64,000 bases of DNA from Squalus acanthias (Eukaryota): contig CM059425.1 in assembly GCA_030390025.1 (NCBI GenBank), positions 178,128,001 to 178,192,000 of the forward strand. The letters are read 5' to 3'. A model generated the notes under the pieces. The model was not told where the DNA came from. It saw only the letters and a list, made by a program, of their open reading frames with translations, and did not search any database. Of this stretch, positions 12,298-24,861 are shown in pieces (position 1 is the stretch's first letter; every line of letters begins with the position of its first letter). A program made the position numbers and the translations under genes.

Positions 12298-13103
12298 CAG
12301 AATGTTATCCACTTTGGTAGGAAAAATAGAAAAGCAGAGTAGCTTTTAAATGGTGAGAGATTGGGAAATGTTGGTGTTCAGAGGGACCTGGGTGTCCTTG
12401 TACACGAATCACTGAAAGTTAACATGCAGGTGCAGCAAGCAATTAGGAAAGCAAATTGTATGTTGGCTTTATTACAAGAGGATTTGAGTATAAGAGTAAA
12501 GACATCTTACTGCAATTATATAGGGCCCTGGCGAGACCACACCTGGAGTATTGTGTACAGTTTTGGTCTCCTTACCTAAGGAAGGATATACTTGCCATAG
12601 AGGGAGTGCAACAAATGTTCACCAGACTGGTTCCTCGTAATGGGGGGATTGTCCTATGAGGACAGATTGAGTAGACTAGGCCTATATTCTCTAGAGTCCA
12701 GAAGAATGAGAGGTGATCTCATTGAAACATACAAAATTCTTACAAGGCTTGACAGGGTAGATGCAGGGAGGATGTTTCCCCTGGCTGGGGAGTCTAGAAC
12801 CAGGGGTCACAGCCTCAGAATAAGGGGTTGGCCATTTAGGACTGAGATGAGGAGAAATTTCTTCACTCAGAGGGTGGTGAATCTTTGGAATTCTCTACCC
12901 CAGAGAGCTGTGGAGGCTCAGTTGTTGAGTATATTGAAGGTACAGATCGATAGATTTTTGAATGTTAAGGGAATCAAGGGATATGAGGATAGTGCAGGAA
13001 AGTGGAGATGAGGTAGAAGATCAGCTAAGATCTTATTGAATGGCAGAGCAGGCTCGAAGGGCCGAATGGCCTATTCCTGCTCCTATTTCTTATGTTCTTA
13101 TGT
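12298..13103 (+). mobile_element. CR1 3' fragment
   Basis: RT C-terminal ORFs 12361-13011; tail ttcttatgttcttatg; very similar to the copy at 59852. Confidence 0.9.
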
Positions 13104-13562
13104 CCTGGTATTAAATCACCTCTTACTGTAACTCACAGAATGTCCAAGGTTTTTATCTTTGGGGACTGCTTAGGCGATTACCGTGGAGTTTTGTGCGCCA
13201 CATATAGAGGCCGATATAGCAGTCTGGGTACGGGTGTCGACAGAGTTGCTGCTTTTCAGGTGCTGCATAATGTGAACGATGCTGCACATTGTGAATGGGA
13301 TTTCCTGATGTTGCAAAACTATCAAATGGCATTCATTCCTCTACAGCTACAGCAAGAAGTAAGAGCTGGAAGTGATTCTAAAGGAGGAGTCAGATTGAGA
13401 ATGATTTTCACAAACATTGACCACTGACTCCAAAATGCTGACTGTACTGAAATGTGGGCTGTTGACATATATCGAAGTATACACTCCTAATCTTTCTCAA
13501 ATACTTTGTAGTAAGCAGAAAATATTGTTCTGTTGCTTTTCATTCTTGGTGCTTGTACACAG

Positions 13563-13699
13563 AAACATATCCTGAGGTAAAAGTTACTACAGATGAAGAA
13601 TGGATCCTGCTAAATGTCAATCTATCCGGCTTCTATAGAGTTAACTACGATGATTCAAATTGGCACCAGCTAAGTCTTCAACTAAACAAAGACCCATCT
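13563..13699 (+). CDS. LVRN: M1 aminopeptidase exon B, 137 nt
   Basis: acag|AA...TCT|gtaagt; KTYPEVKVTTDEEWILLNVNLSGFYRVNYDDSNWHQLSLQLNKDPS contains the M1 motif W-x-x-x-N...G-F/Y-Y-R-V-N-Y-D; phase fits exon A. Confidence 0.92.
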
Positions 13700-14276
13700 G
13701 TAAGTTATAATCTTCTTACCCTTCCTTCAGAACTTTTGTCCATCTTCCGTATACTAAACACAAGGAAGGAATGCCAGTCAGCTTATATTGGTCCGTATTT
13801 TCCGATCGGAGGCTTCCTGTGTGCAGAGGACTCCGATCTGGAAAAAATCTACGCCCTTACCTGAGGGCTCCAGAGGTCCGGCCATTTCCGATCCTGGGCC
13901 TCTCCATGACGAAATGTGCAGGGCCCAGGTATCCCAGGGGCGCAGGTGGTTCGCAAGTGTCCCTGGGATCGCATGGGCCATGGGGAGCCAATGGGAGAAG
14001 GGAATCTCCCTTCATACTTTTGACAGGTAGACCTGTCAAAAGTATGAATGGAGATCACTCCAAAAACACATCAAAACATTAAATACATTTTTTTTTAAAT
14101 CACGTTTTTAAAATTAGTTAAAATTACATTAAATTAAATAGTTTAAACAAAAATTTAATTTTTTGAAAAAAAAAATCAAGTTTTTTACAGGGCTAAAAAT
14201 AAACTTACCTTTTTAAAAGTATTTTTAAATTATAAATGAGTGAAAAAAAATTATTTTAACTTTTTTTAAACTCTTA

Positions 14277-15168
14277 GGGGAAAAATTCAGTATCGCCCCA
14301 TTTGGGGCGCAATTTTCGGCGGGGCGCAAAAATTAGCGCCTGGCGCTAATTATCGCCTCCGACTGCAAACTTGACTTTTATCGCCCCTGGAGGTGATTGG
14401 AGCACTAAATCAGGCGCTACACATCTGTCTTAAGGCGCAAAGGCTGAGGAGCGAGGCGCTAACTCAGAGCGCTGGCAAAGCTCATGTGATGTCAGTCAGT
14501 AATGGAACACAGACACAATGGCCCCGGCCAGTTCTTAAAGGGGAGGGTTGATCTTGCTTTCCATCCACATCCTGCTCATTGCAGCCTTGAATCTCGGCCT
14601 GGAGAGACCTGTACATCAAATCTGCTGGAAGGAACAATGGAGAGGCCCAGGGAAAGAGCTCAGAGTGCAGACCCCACAGTCTCTTCTAAATCGATAGGAG
14701 GAAGGGCAAATCAAAATGAACCTGTAAAGTGCTGCTCAGTACCCAAAACTCCTTCACACAGCGTTGAATCTCTCCAAAAGTCTCTCTCTCTCTCTCTCAG
14801 AATGCGTGGTTCAAAAATGTCGCCTTCAAAAAAAGGCAGGAAGCGGTTGCCTTTAAATAGCGCTCCCCCAGTCCCTTCCTGACTGCAAAACGCTCCCCTC
14901 AAACTGTCGTTGCTAGCGGCAGGCGGTAAGGCAGGGGGCGCCACTCAACATCCGCTCCGGAGCGCTACCGGGGCGTTGCACACTCGACTGACGTCACGAT
15001 CTGCCGGCGCAGGAGATCGTGGCGGTACTGTTTAGCGCCGCCGCAAAATGTCTACTTAATTTCGCGAGCGGAGCAAACATCACCGCGCCCGGGCGCTAGT
15101 TGCTTTGCGCCCCATTAACGCCCTCTTAAAGCGCTAACGGGAGGCGCAACCAACTGGATTATTCCCCC
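14277..15168 (+). mobile_element. PIF/Harbinger MITE family A, copy 2 (TSD TTA)
   Basis: TTA flanks both ends; the empty site aaactcTTAtgctggtaaaagc is seen at 49021-49042. Confidence 0.92.
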
Positions 15169-15184
15169 TTATGCTGGTAAAAGC

Positions 15185-18100
15185 ATTCTGAAGGGGGAGG
15201 GTGAACAACCAGAGGTCGTGGTCCATATCGGTACCAACGACATAGGTAGAAAGAGGGACGAGGTCCTGCAAGCAGAATATAGGGAGCTAGGAAATAAATT
15301 AAAAACCAGGACCTCAAAGGTAGTAATCTCAGGATTACTCCCAGTGCCACGTGCTAGCGAGAGCAGAAATAGGAGAATAGACCAGATGAATGCGTGGCTG
15401 GAGAGATGGTGTAAGAGGGAGGGATTTAAGTTCCTGAGGCATTGGGACCGATTCTGGGGAAGGTGGGACCTGTACAAGCTGGACGGGTTACACCTCAGCA
15501 GAACCGGGACCAATATCCTCGCAGGGCGGTTTGCTAGTGCTGTTGGGAAGGATTTAAACTAGTTTGTCAGGGGGCTGGGAACCTAAGTGTGGGCCCAGAA
15601 CAGAGAGAAACAAAGCTGGAAGTGCAAGTTAGAAAAGTAGTCAGCAAAACTAGTAGGGAGCAGAAACAAAGGCCAACAGTAAAGAGGGTCAAAGTGCAGA
15701 AAATATTAAACAGGCAAAGTTGAAGGCACTTTATCTAAATGCAGGTAGCACTCGTAACAAGGTGGATGAATTAATGGCACAAATAGAAGTAAGTGGGAAT
15801 GATGTAATTGACATTATAGAGACGTGGTTGCAGGGTAACCAAAGCTGGGAACTGAATGTTCCAGGGTACTCAACATTTAGGAAGGACAGACAAAAAGGAA
15901 AAGGAGGTGGCGTAGCGCTGTTAATAAGGGATGAGATCGGTACAGTAGAGATAAAAGATCTTGGCTTGGCAGATCGTGATGTAGAACTGGAATCAGTTTC
16001 GGTGGAGCTAAGAAACAGCAAAGGACGGAAAACATTGGTGGGAGTTGTGTATAGGCCACCAAACAGTAGTGGTAATGTAGGGCACAGTATCAATCAAGAG
16101 ATTAGAAGTGCATGTAACAAGGGCAATACGGTAATCATGGGGGACTTTAATCGACATATTGACTGGGCAAATCAAATTACCACTAATGGTGTGGAGGACG
16201 AATTCTTGGAATGCATGTGAGATGGTTTCCTGGATCAGTATGTGGAGGAACCAACCAGGGAAGAGGCTATTCTGGATCTGGTACTGTGTAATGAGAAAGA
16301 GCTAATCAATAATCTTGTGGTAAAGGTGCCTTCAGGGACAAGTGACCATAATATGATTGAATTTTACATTAAGTTTGAGAGTGATGTAGTCCAATCTGAA
16401 ACTAAGATCTTCAATCTAAACAGAGGAAACGACAAGGGTATGAGAGACAAGTTGGCCATGGTAGATTGGGAGACTACACTAAAAGGTATGAAGGTGGACA
16501 TACAATGGCTAATATTCAAGGAAATAATGCATAATTTGCAACAAACATATATTCCTCTAGGGCATAAAAACCCAAAAGGAAAAGTGATCCAACCATGGCT
16601 ATCAAAAGAAATTAAAGCTAGTATTAAGTCAAAGGAGGAAGCTTATAAAGTTGCCAGAAAAAGCGGTCAGCCTGAGGATTGGGATCTTTTCAGAAATCAG
16701 CAAAGGGGGACCAAGAAATTGATAAAGAAATGGAATATGAGCACAAACTAGCGAAAAATATAAAAACAGATTGTAAAAGCTTCTATAGGTATGTGAAAAG
16801 GAAAAGTCTGGCGAAGGTAAATGTAGGTCCTTTACAGTCAGAGACAGGAGAATTTATAATGGGGAATGAGGAAATGGCAGTGAAATTAAATAAATACTTT
16901 GTTTCTGTCTTCACGGAGAAAGACACAAAAAACCTCCCAGAAATACGAGAAAACCAAGGGTGTGGCGAGAATGAGGAACTTAAAGAAATTATTATTAGTA
17001 AGAAAACAGTACTAGCAAAATTAATGGGACTAAAAGTCGATAAATCTCAAGGACTGGATGACCTACATCCTAGGGTTTTGAAAGAGGTGGCCATTGGGAT
17101 AGTGGATCCATTGGTTGTCATCTTCCAAAATTCAATAGATTCTGGAACGGTTCCTGCAGATTGGAGGATAGCAAATGTAACCCTGCTATTTAAGAAAGGA
17201 GGGAGAGAGAAAACGGGGAACTACAGACCTGTTAGCCTCACATCAGTAGTTGGGAAAATGCTGGCATCTATTATAAAGGATGCAATAACTGGGCACTTAG
17301 AAACTAATAGTAAGATTGGGCAGAGTCAACATGGATTTATGAAAGGGAAGTCCTGTTTGACAAACCTATTGGAGTTCTTTGAGGATGTAACTAATGGAGT
17401 AGACAAAGGGGAACCGGTAGATGTGGTGTATTTGGATATTCAGAAGGGCTTCGATAAGGTCCCACACAAGAGGTTGGTGAACAAAATTCGGGCACATGGA
17501 ATTGGGGGTAATATACTAGCATGGATTGAGAATTGGTTAACAGACAGAAAACAAAGAGTTGGGCTAAACGGGTCTTTTTCGGGTTGGCAGGCTGTGCCTA
17601 GTGGGGTACCGCAAGGATCGGTGCTTGGGCCCCAGCTATTGACAATCTATATCAATGATTTGGATGAGGGGAATAAATGTAACATTTCCAAATTTGCTGA
17701 TGATACAAAGCTAGGTGGCAGTGCCAGTTGCGAAGAGGATGTGAAGAGGCTTCAAGGGGATCTCGACAGGCTCAGTGAGTGGGCGAGAACATGGCAGATG
17801 GATTATAATGTGGATAAATGTGAAGTTATCCACTTTGGTAGAAAAAACAGAAAGGCAGAGTATTTCCTAAATGGTGAAAGATTGGGGAATACAGATGCTC
17901 AAAGGGACCTGGGTGTCCTTGTACATGAGTCACTGAAAGTGAATGTGCAGGTGCAGCAAGCCATTAGGAAAGCAAATGGTATGCTGGCCTTCATTACAAG
18001 AGGATTTGAGTACAGGAGTAAAGAAGTCTTACTCCAATTATATAGGGCCTTGGTGAGACCACACCTGGAGTACTGTGTACAATTTTGGTCTCCTTACCTA

Positions 18101-18625
18101 AGGAAGGATATACTTGCCATAGAGAGAGTGCGACAAAGGTTCACAAGATTGATTCCTGGGATGGCGGGACTGTCGTATAAGAAGAGATTGAGTAAACTAG
18201 GCCTGTATTCTCTTGAATTCAGAAGAATGAGAGGGGATCTCATTGAAGCATACAAAATTATTACAGGGCTTGATAGGGTGGATGCTGGGAGAATGTTTCC
18301 CTTGGCTGGGGAGTCTAGAACCAGGGGCCACAGCCTCAGGATAAAGGGCAGGCCATTCAGGACTGAGATGAGAAGAAATTTCTTCACACAGAGGGTGGTG
18401 AATCTTTAGAATTCTCTACCCCAGAGGGCTGTGGAGGCTCAGTCATTGGGTATATTCAAAACAGAAGTCAATAGATTTCTGACTAGTAAGGGCATCAAGG
18501 GATATGGCGATAAGGCCGGTGAATGGAGTTGAGGCAGAAGATCAGCCATGATCTCATTGAATGGCGGAGCAGGCTCGAGGGGCTGAATGGCCTACTCCTG
18601 CTCCTACTTCTTATGTTCTTATGTT
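15185..18625 (+). mobile_element. Nearly full-length CR1 (ORF1 SGNH-esterase part, then endonuclease and RT)
   Basis: VHIGTND...DGLHL esterase motifs (15218-15562); EN 15720-16220; RT 16679-18409 (FADD); stops and frameshifts present. Confidence 0.95.
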
Positions 18626-18849
18626 ACGCCTGCTTTTGACAGATTGGAAATGCCGATTTTTAGCGCATGCGCTTTGCATGCCTGAAACCGGCACTTGTGA
18701 GGTCCCTATGGGTATGTACACAGCTCGTACACACCCGTAGGCATTGGAAAATACAGGCCAATCTTGCAATGGAATGTCCAGTTAACAATCACTGAACACT
18801 GATAACAACAATGTGCCTTTCTAAACCACTTCTCACTTGCAGAATTATG

Positions 18850-19800
18850 ACACAGAGCACTTTACAAAACTCTGGTTAAAGAGCAGGAATGTGAAAGTGT
18901 AAAAGAAAGGTGAAAGCATGGTTGAAAAGAAGGATCTTAAGGATGCTTTTGAAGGCAAGGACAGAAGTGACAAGATGGAGGTGCTGTGGAGACAGTCATG
19001 GGGGAGGGGGGTTTCCTCCGGGTGCTCCGGTTTCCTCCCACAGTCCAAAAATGTGTGGGTTAGGTTGATTTGGCTATGATAAATTGACCCTTAGTGTTAG
19101 GGGGGATTAAATATGTGGGGTTATGGGGATAGGATGGGATATGTTAGGGGGAATTAAATACATGGGGTTACGGGGGTAGGGTGGGATATGTGTACTGTGG
19201 GGATTAAAGCAGGGACAGGGTACTGGATTTAGATGATCAGCCATGATCGTATTGAATGGCGGAGCAGGCTCGACGGGCCGAATGGCCTACTCCTGCTCCT
19301 AGATTCTATGTTTCTATGTTTCTATAGTGGACTACACTAATAGTGGAGTAGCAGGATGGGACTATAAGGAGCAGGCCACTGTTGGAGGAGCAGAGAGTGC
19401 ATGCAGCGATGTACGGTTAGAGAAAATAGCTGAAGTCAGGTGAGGTGAGGCCACAGTAGGATTTGAAGATGAGAACCAAGATCTTTAAATCAATTCAGTA
19501 CTGCAAGGGAACCAGTGGAACCTGGAAAAGACAGGGATGATGAGGGTACCAGCCTTACTGCAGATGACAATGGATAGTTGTGGCATTTTGGACGGGTTGT
19601 AGTTTGCGAAAGCCAGGAGGCCAACAAGCAGAGTTAGCAAATTTGAGCCTTGAGGTAATAAATCATTGGTAAGCAGCAGAGTAGAGAGGGGAGAGGTAAA
19701 GGTAAAGGCCGGTGCAGTTTTGTACATGAAAGAAAGCAGTGTTGATGATGAATTGGATATGGAGGTATCCCAACAGTGACCACAGAGCTTTCATTTTGCA
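18850..19800 (-). mobile_element. Ancient L2-like LINE remnant, interrupted by a SINE
   Basis: Degenerate L2-type 3' end (cagagcactttaca...) and purine-rich body; recognition only. Confidence 0.4.
19008..19324 (+). mobile_element. 5'-truncated V-SINE (HE1-like) with a CR1-derived tail
   Basis: V-domain gggtttcctccgggtgctccggtttcctcccacagtccaaa, followed by a CR1-type tail and (tttctatg)n. Confidence 0.8.
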
Positions 19801-20496
19801 ACAATCCACGATGCCACAAATATTAGAAGGAGCAGGTAGAATAGACAGATGGACACCAGGGCTTCGCCGTGCTGCCCTGGATATTACCACCAGTCAGGAA
19901 CCTCCACACTAAGGTAGAGCAAGAATACAATCAGGCTCATGTGTCCACTCAAATTATGGTGGAGTTATGATCAGGATGTTAAAATGTCACTTCTGATGTC
20001 TGAACAGATCATCTTGGGTCATATGCTACAGTCCCAAGAAAGTATTGAAGATCATTGCTTCTGCCGTGTGCTGCACAACTTCACCATTAATGGAGTGGAA
20101 CCCATGTAACCAGAATGCCTAGGAATATAACTGCAATTGCTGGCAATTCCACTGATTTGTATCCGGGGCAATCTACTGAGCCAAACTGATTAATCAGCAG
20201 AAACTCTCAATGCAGCCCTCTGACAATCTTGATAGCTCCCCACATGGAATGCCATGGACTATACATCAGTGCTGCTCCAACATCTGCTGCTATTTCCACT
20301 TGCTCCTGCACAATTATGCTTAGTTGAACATCAGGTGCTACCTCCTGACTCTCCCTATTTGATTTCCACCCTCCGCCCCCCCCACCCCCCCTCCCCCGCC
20401 GCCCTACAAAAGTCTGAATCACAACAATCGACAGATGCTTGCAATATTTATTTGGCAGGCCTTCCTCCTGCACAACTTGTTGCTATTGATATGATT

Positions 20497-22026
20497 GATA
20501 TGTTGCTAAGTATGATTTTTCAGAATTCATTAGACTCGGGAACGGTGCCCATGGATTGGAGGGTAGCTAACGTTACCCCACTATTCAAAAAGGGGGGTAG
20601 GGAAAAAGCAGGTAATTACAGACCTGTAAGCCTTACATCAGTTGTGGGCAAAATGCTGGAGTCCATCATTAAGGATGAAATAGCGGAGCACTTAGCAAAT
20701 GGGGACAGGATAGGACAGAGTCAACATGGATTTACAAAGGGTAAATCGTGCTTGACGAATCTATTGGAATTTTTTGAGGGAGTAACTGGTAAAATAGATG
20801 GGGGAGAGCCAGTAGATGTGGTGTACCTGGACTTCCAAAAGGCCTTCGACAAGGTCCCACATAAAAGATTAGCATGGAAAATTGAAGCTCATGGGATAAA
20901 GGGGAAAGTATTGACGTGGATAGAGAACTGGCTGTCAGATAGAAAACAGAGAGTTGGAATAAACGGCTCATTTTCTGAATGGCAGGCAGTAACAAGTGGG
21001 GTACCACAGGGATCTGTCCTGGGTCCCCAGCTGTTCACAATTTACATTAATGACCTGGATCAGGGAGTCGGATGCAGCATTTCCAAATTTGCAGACGACA
21101 CTAAACTAGGAGGGGGGGTGGGCTCAGAGGAGGAGACCAGGAAGCTCCAGAGCGATTTGGACAGACTGGGTGATTGGGCGGATAAATGGCAGATGCACTA
21201 TAATGTGGACAAGTGCGAAGTTATCCACCTTGGGTGCAGGAACGGGAGGGCAAATTATTATTTAAATGGCAATAAATTGGGAGAGGGGGAAGTACAGAGA
21301 GACCTGGGTGTTCTTGTACACCAGTCACTGAAGGCGAGCATGCAGGTGCAACAGGCGGTCAAGAAGGCAAACGGTATGCTGGCCTTCATAGCAAAAGGGT
21401 TGGAATACAGGAACAGGGATACCTTGCTGCAGCTGTACAGGGCACTGGTGAGACCACACCTCGAGTACTGTGTACAGTTTTGGTCGCCTCATCTGAGGAA
21501 AGATGTTCTTGCCATGGAGGGGGTGCAGCGGCGATTCACCAGGCTGATACCAGGAATGACGGGATTGACCTATGAGGAGAGACTATGTAGTTTAGGGATG
21601 TACACACTGGAGTTTAGAAGATTGAGAGGGGACCTCATAGAAGTGTATAAAATTCTGACAGGTCTAGACAGACTAGATGCAGAAGGAATGTTTCCCTTGG
21701 CGGGTGAGAACAGAACTAGAGGACATAATTTAAGGATAAGGGCTAAACCATTTAGGACAGAAATGAGGGGGAATTTCTTCACTCAGAGGGTGGTGAACCT
21801 GTGGAACTCATTGCCACAGAGGGCAGTGTACGCCAGCTCATTAAATATATTTAAGAGGGAATTAGATATATTTCTACAGGCAAAAGGGGTTAAGGGTTAC
21901 GGAGAGAAGGCGGGGACGGGATACTGAATTGGAGGATCAGCCATGATCTCATTAAATGGCGGAGCAGGCTCGAAGGGCCGGATGGCCTAATCCTGCTCCT
22001 ATCTTCTATGTATCTATGTATCTATG
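20497..22026 (+). mobile_element. Young 5'-truncated CR1 with an uninterrupted RT frame
   Basis: Open frame to 21927 (QHGF, PQGSVLGP, FADD); (tatctatg)n tail; TSD TATTGATAnGATT at 20484-20496 and 22027-22039. Confidence 0.93.
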
Positions 22027-22164
22027 TATTGATAGGATTTGGTTCGGTTCTATACAATAAGTAGGCAACAATCCAGCTCCAGCTGACTGCCCATGGACTT
22101 TTCGAAGAAAGTTACCCCAGAATGGCATTTAACTTACAAGACAAATGGAATTCTGAATATTATA

Positions 22165-23325
22165 TACAGTTTGATAAAGTGCCACATAATAGGCTTGCCA
22201 GCAAAGTTGAAGCCCATGGAATAAAAGGGACAGTGGCAGCATGGATACAAAATTGGCTAAGTGACAGGAAACAGAGAGTAGTGGTGAACGGTTGTTTTTC
22301 AGACTGGAGGAAGGTATACAGTGGTGTTCCCCAGGGGTTGGTACTAGGATCACTGCTTTTCTTGATATATATTAATGACTTAGACTTGGGTGTACAGGGC
22401 ACAATTTCAAAATTTGCAGATGACACAAAACTTGGAAGTATAGTGAACAGTGAGGAGGATAGTGATAGACTTCAAGAGGACATAGACAGGCTGGTGGAAT
22501 GGTGGGCACGTGGCAGATGAAATTTAACGCAGAAAAGTGCGAAGTGATACATTTTGGTAGGAAGAACGAGGAGAGGCAATATAAACTAAGGGGTACAATC
22601 CTAAAGGGGGTGCATGAACAGAGAGACCTGGGGGTATATGTGCACAAATCGTTGAAGGTGGCAGGGCAGGTTGCGAAAGTGGTTAAAAAAAGCATACAAG
22701 ATACTGGGCTTCATAAATAGAGGCATAGAGCACAAAAGCAAGGAAGTTATAATGAACCTTTATAAAACACTGGTTTGGCCTCAACTGGAGTATTGTGTCC
22801 AATTCTGGGCACCGCACTTTAGGAAGGATGTGAAGACCTTAGAGAGGGTGCAGTAAAGATTTACAAAAATGGTTCCAGGGATGAGGGACTTCAGTTACAT
22901 CGATAGACTGGAGAAGCTGGGGTTGTTCTCCTTAGAGCAGAGAAGATTGAGAGGAGATTTGATAGAGGTGTTCAAAATCATGAGGGGTCTAGACAGAGTA
23001 GATAGAGAGAAACTGTTCCCATTACAGAAGGGTTGAGAACCAAGTGATTGGCAGAAGAACCAAAGGCGACATGAGGAAAAACCTTTTTACGCAACGAGTG
23101 GTTAGGATCTGAAATGCACTGCCTGAAAGGGTGGTGGAGGCAGACTCAATCGTGGCTTTCAAAAAAGAATTGGATAAGTACCTGAAGGAAAAAAATTTGC
23201 AGGGCTACAGGGAAAGGGTGGGGGAGTGAGACTAGCTGAAGTGCTCTTGCAGAGATCCAGCACGGGCTCGACGGGCTGAATGGTCGCCTTCTGTGCTGTA
23301 ACCTTTCTATGATCTATGATTCTAT
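22165..23325 (+). mobile_element. CR1 3' fragment
   Basis: Frameshifted RT ORFs 22122-22856; 3' UTR and tail. Confidence 0.9.
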
Positions 23326-23329
23326 AGTG

Positions 23330-24390
23330 GTATTAAATATAAAGCAAGGAAGTGCTGTTGAATGTGAACAAAACATTGGTAGGCCACAGTTGAAATATTG
23401 TGTGCAGTTCTGGGAACCCATTATAGGAAGGATATTAGAGCCATGGAAAGAGTACAGTGAAGATCCACTAGAATAATATCAGAAATGAGAGGTTATAGCT
23501 GTGAGGAAAGGCTAAAAAAATTAGAGCTTTTTCATGGGAATAGATAAGTTTAACAATTGAGCAATAGAGGTTTACAGCACAGAAGGTCATTCACCCAGTA
23601 TTTGTGCCAGCTCTTGGCTACAGCATTCCAGACTAATCCCACAGGTTAAAGGGGATCTGATAAAGATTTTCAAAATCATGAAAAGTTTGAGAGGCTAAAT
23701 AGTGAAGGATTATTTCCACTGGTTAGTGAATCAGTAACAAGGATGCACAAACTCCAGATTATCACTAGAAGAACAAAACAAGAATTAGATTTTTTTTTCA
23801 CACAGTGGGTTATTAAAGCATGGAATGCTTTACCAGAATGACTATTGAGGCAGAGACTATAACATCATTTAACAAGCAACCAGATAAATATTTAAAAGGA
23901 AGAATATAAAACGATATGGACAAAAAGCAGGTAATGGGATAAGAATAAGCATCTCCAGTTGAAGAGCCAGCCAAGGCATAGGCACGACGGCCCAAATGGC
24001 TTCCTAGTGAGCTATAAGTTTGATCATTCTATATATTGCTGTTGCTTTGCTATGCAGAAGTTAATTGTATGTTTTTTTTTTAAGCATTTACCCTGGCTGG
24101 TTTATTGCTGTACTTATCCTGCAGGATAAAATGTAAGACCTTTTCTTCAACACAGTGAGCCAGCCAATGAAAAGTGAGAATTCCTAATCCTTCAGTCAGT
24201 CATAATCTGCATTTAGCAGGCAGTCAAGCACAAGGGACACTGAGCATGTAGTTGTGATGGATAGGTCATACCTGACTAATCTAGTTGAATTTTTTGAGGA
24301 GGTCACTAACATGGTGGATAGGGGAATATCTATGGATGTTGTCTATATGGACTTTCAGAAGGCATTTGATAAGGTTATGCACAAGGCATT
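23330..24390 (+). mobile_element. Older CR1 fragments (about 23330-24030 and 24255-24388)
   Basis: Degenerate RT 3' sequence; LTNLVEFFEEVT...YMDFQKAFDKV. Confidence 0.65.
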
Positions 24391-24861
24391 GAACATCACC
24401 ATTTGCCAAGAGAACTCCATCCACTTTGACTGGCTTCGATATAAACTTTGTTATAGCTGTAAAGAGTGATAATAGAGTCAACATATCTCTTAATGGGACA
24501 AATAATAAGGTTTTTTTTCATGCAATGTATTTTTCAAACTGGGACTTTATTTAATGAGAATACTAATGCCCCAATCTACTTCACCCCAGTGTGATAGAAT
24601 ACAGGTTCTTAACTTAGCAATTTGTCAAACTTTGGGTCAAATGGGTTAGCGTTGAGAAAGAAAGTCAAGTCACCCCAAAGTATTTGCATGCCTTCTAGTG
24701 GCATTAGGTAGAGGAACAAGTTGCCTATCCAGCCTTCCAGCTTGGCAATGAAAGTGATTCAGGGCTTAAAAAGCAAAATACAATGGAGAGAAAAATATAT
24801 ATAATAGTAAAATGGAGCGCATTTATGCTAACCTTTTCACAACTATAACACGGGCTCTGTT

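Larger units (their letters stand above)
13790..18759 (+). mobile_element. PIF/Harbinger MITE family B split by a family A MITE and a CR1
   Basis: Termini GGTCCGTATTTTCC and GGAAAATACAGGCC; pieces 13790-14276, 15172-15184 and 18626-18759 are colinear with the intact copy at 48534-49299. Confidence 0.75.
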
